Made by a program: the position numbers and the translations under genes
In this document: positions 62,561 to 64,000 of the stretch, piece after piece
Layout: every line of letters begins with the position of its first letter
How positions within the stretch are numbered: position 1 is the stretch's first letter
DNA from: Glaucostegus cemiculus
Lineage: Eukaryota
Length of the DNA: 64,000 nt
Assembly (NCBI GenBank): GCA_976551045.1
Contig: CDPCPM010000021.1
Span: 1,736,001 to 1,800,000, forward strand
Direction: 5' to 3'
Notes under the pieces: generated by a model
Database searches by the model: none
What the model was told of the DNA's origin: nothing
Seen by the model: only the letters and a program-made list of their open reading frames with translations

Positions 62561-62999
62561 GAACCTTAGAGCCCATTACTTGCCGTGTTATGCCTTCAAT
62601 ATGTCCCAGGTTAGATTCACTTTCCCCAATGGTTTATATTCCCTGCTCTAGCCACACTTAAAAGATGCAGGCTGCTCCAACTGGATATGGCCACTCAGGG
62701 TCTTAGCTCCCTGTTCATGTTGCATTCCCTGCATCATTATTGATAGTGTAATCATGTACCAAAACTCACACATAGTCTTTCAGGGTAATCAAAGTTAGCT
62801 GCTAATGTACTTGTTCACCATCAGTGCCAATGGACTCAATAGTCACCTTATCACCTTGCATACTGTGGCTGCAAAATCACTATCTACAGGATACAGAACA
62901 CACATTAACTTATCTCTGACAGCATTTCCAGTCTGGCATCTAAACTCCCAAGGAGGACAAGATCAGTGATATAATCGGAAACACCAATATGTCCACAGA

Positions 63000-63340
63000 A
63001 AATCTAGGCTGACACACTTCAGTACACCACAGAGAGCGCGACACTGTCAGCTATGGAGCATCTCAGAAGAAGCCTCATCAGTGCTTCCCTGCAAAAGATC
63101 CTTTTGGACCCCACCACCACCCATAGAAGAGCAGGAAATACTCCCTGAGCACGTGGATAATGTTCCTTCCCCAACCAACGTCACTAAAAGCAGATGATCT
63201 GGCCACCATCACTGCTAGTGTGGCAATATGTCAGTTAGGCTTTCTACATTATGACAATAACCACGTTTTACAAGTACTTCATCAACTATAAAGGGCCTCA
63301 GGATGTCCTGAGTTTCTGAACAATTACCAAAATGCTGGTC
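63000..63340 (+). mobile_element. DeuSINE/SacSINE1-like SINE
   Basis: AATCTAGGCTGACACACTTCAGTAC...CAACCAACGTCACTAAAAGCAGATGATCTGG...TTTCTACATTATGACA...AAGTACTTCAT. Confidence 0.8.
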
Positions 63341-64000
63341 TTTTTTTATCTGGAACATTTTTGCTGCAGTTTTATTTTTTACAAGGGATACAAAGTATCC
63401 AGCACTGCTGGGAATAGGCTTGGGGCAGTTTTCTGGGGGTTGGAATATCCTGGACATGGATCCCTGCCCAAACTTCCACCCACACTCCCCAGCCACCTAC
63501 AGTAAGCTCCCCAAGAGACAGAGGGTAGTTGAGCTGTCCCTCCACACCCAACCAGCATCCAGCCAGCCTCCAAACATCAGTCCAGCCTCAGGCTATCCAC
63601 CCTAAGACCTGCACTCCCAGGATGCTGACAGCTCACTGCCATCACAGGCTACACAAGGCTTTTCTAGAAGTTTTAGCTGTCCTTAGAGGCATCCAAAGAC
63701 TATTCACATCGGTTTAAATAATCTTAATCATTAAGTATAGCTTAAAGCACAAACAAAATTGAAGAGGGTGAAATAAAGCAGGGAGCCCCGTCAAATGAAT
63801 GGGGTTGCCATTCCCACATCAACCCTTCCTGGCGTAATGCTGACGGCCATTTATGAAGCCCTCTCTTCAGAAGGCCCAGCAGCACAAAATCAGGCAAGAA
63901 GAATCCAACCTTGAGGATGTCTCGGACTAGCAGATCGAATAAGGGGAGCGAGTTGATTTGGTGTATTTGTGTAATTCTACACAAGTGAATACTGAATAAA

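Overview
Eukaryotic, vertebrate-type genomic DNA with no recognisable protein-coding gene and one 128-N assembly gap. The repeats (tRNA-headed V-SINE/HE1-like SINEs, DeuSINE/SacSINE1-like SINEs, CR1 LINE 3' ends, a Rex1/Babar tail) suggest a cartilaginous fish, probably a ray or relative (inference). The clear functional content is a + strand miR-181a/miR-181b microRNA cluster at 53.6-53.9 kb. Both mature sequences match the vertebrate canon exactly and both hairpins are intact. A CpG-rich segment at the window start and several splice-site-bounded segments on the + strand suggest that most of the window is the long host (pri-miRNA) transcription unit, which is inference. Most ORF-track entries are chance ORFs or LINE remnants. 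There is no evidence for a CRISPR array or prokaryotic-type system. The more unusual observations are local duplications, a tandem repeat ending in a near-perfect fold-back, inverted young SINEs bracketing the miRNA cluster, and candidate micro-exons or recursive splice sites. Repeat family names come from recalled consensus similarity, not from a search, and repeat boundaries are approximate.
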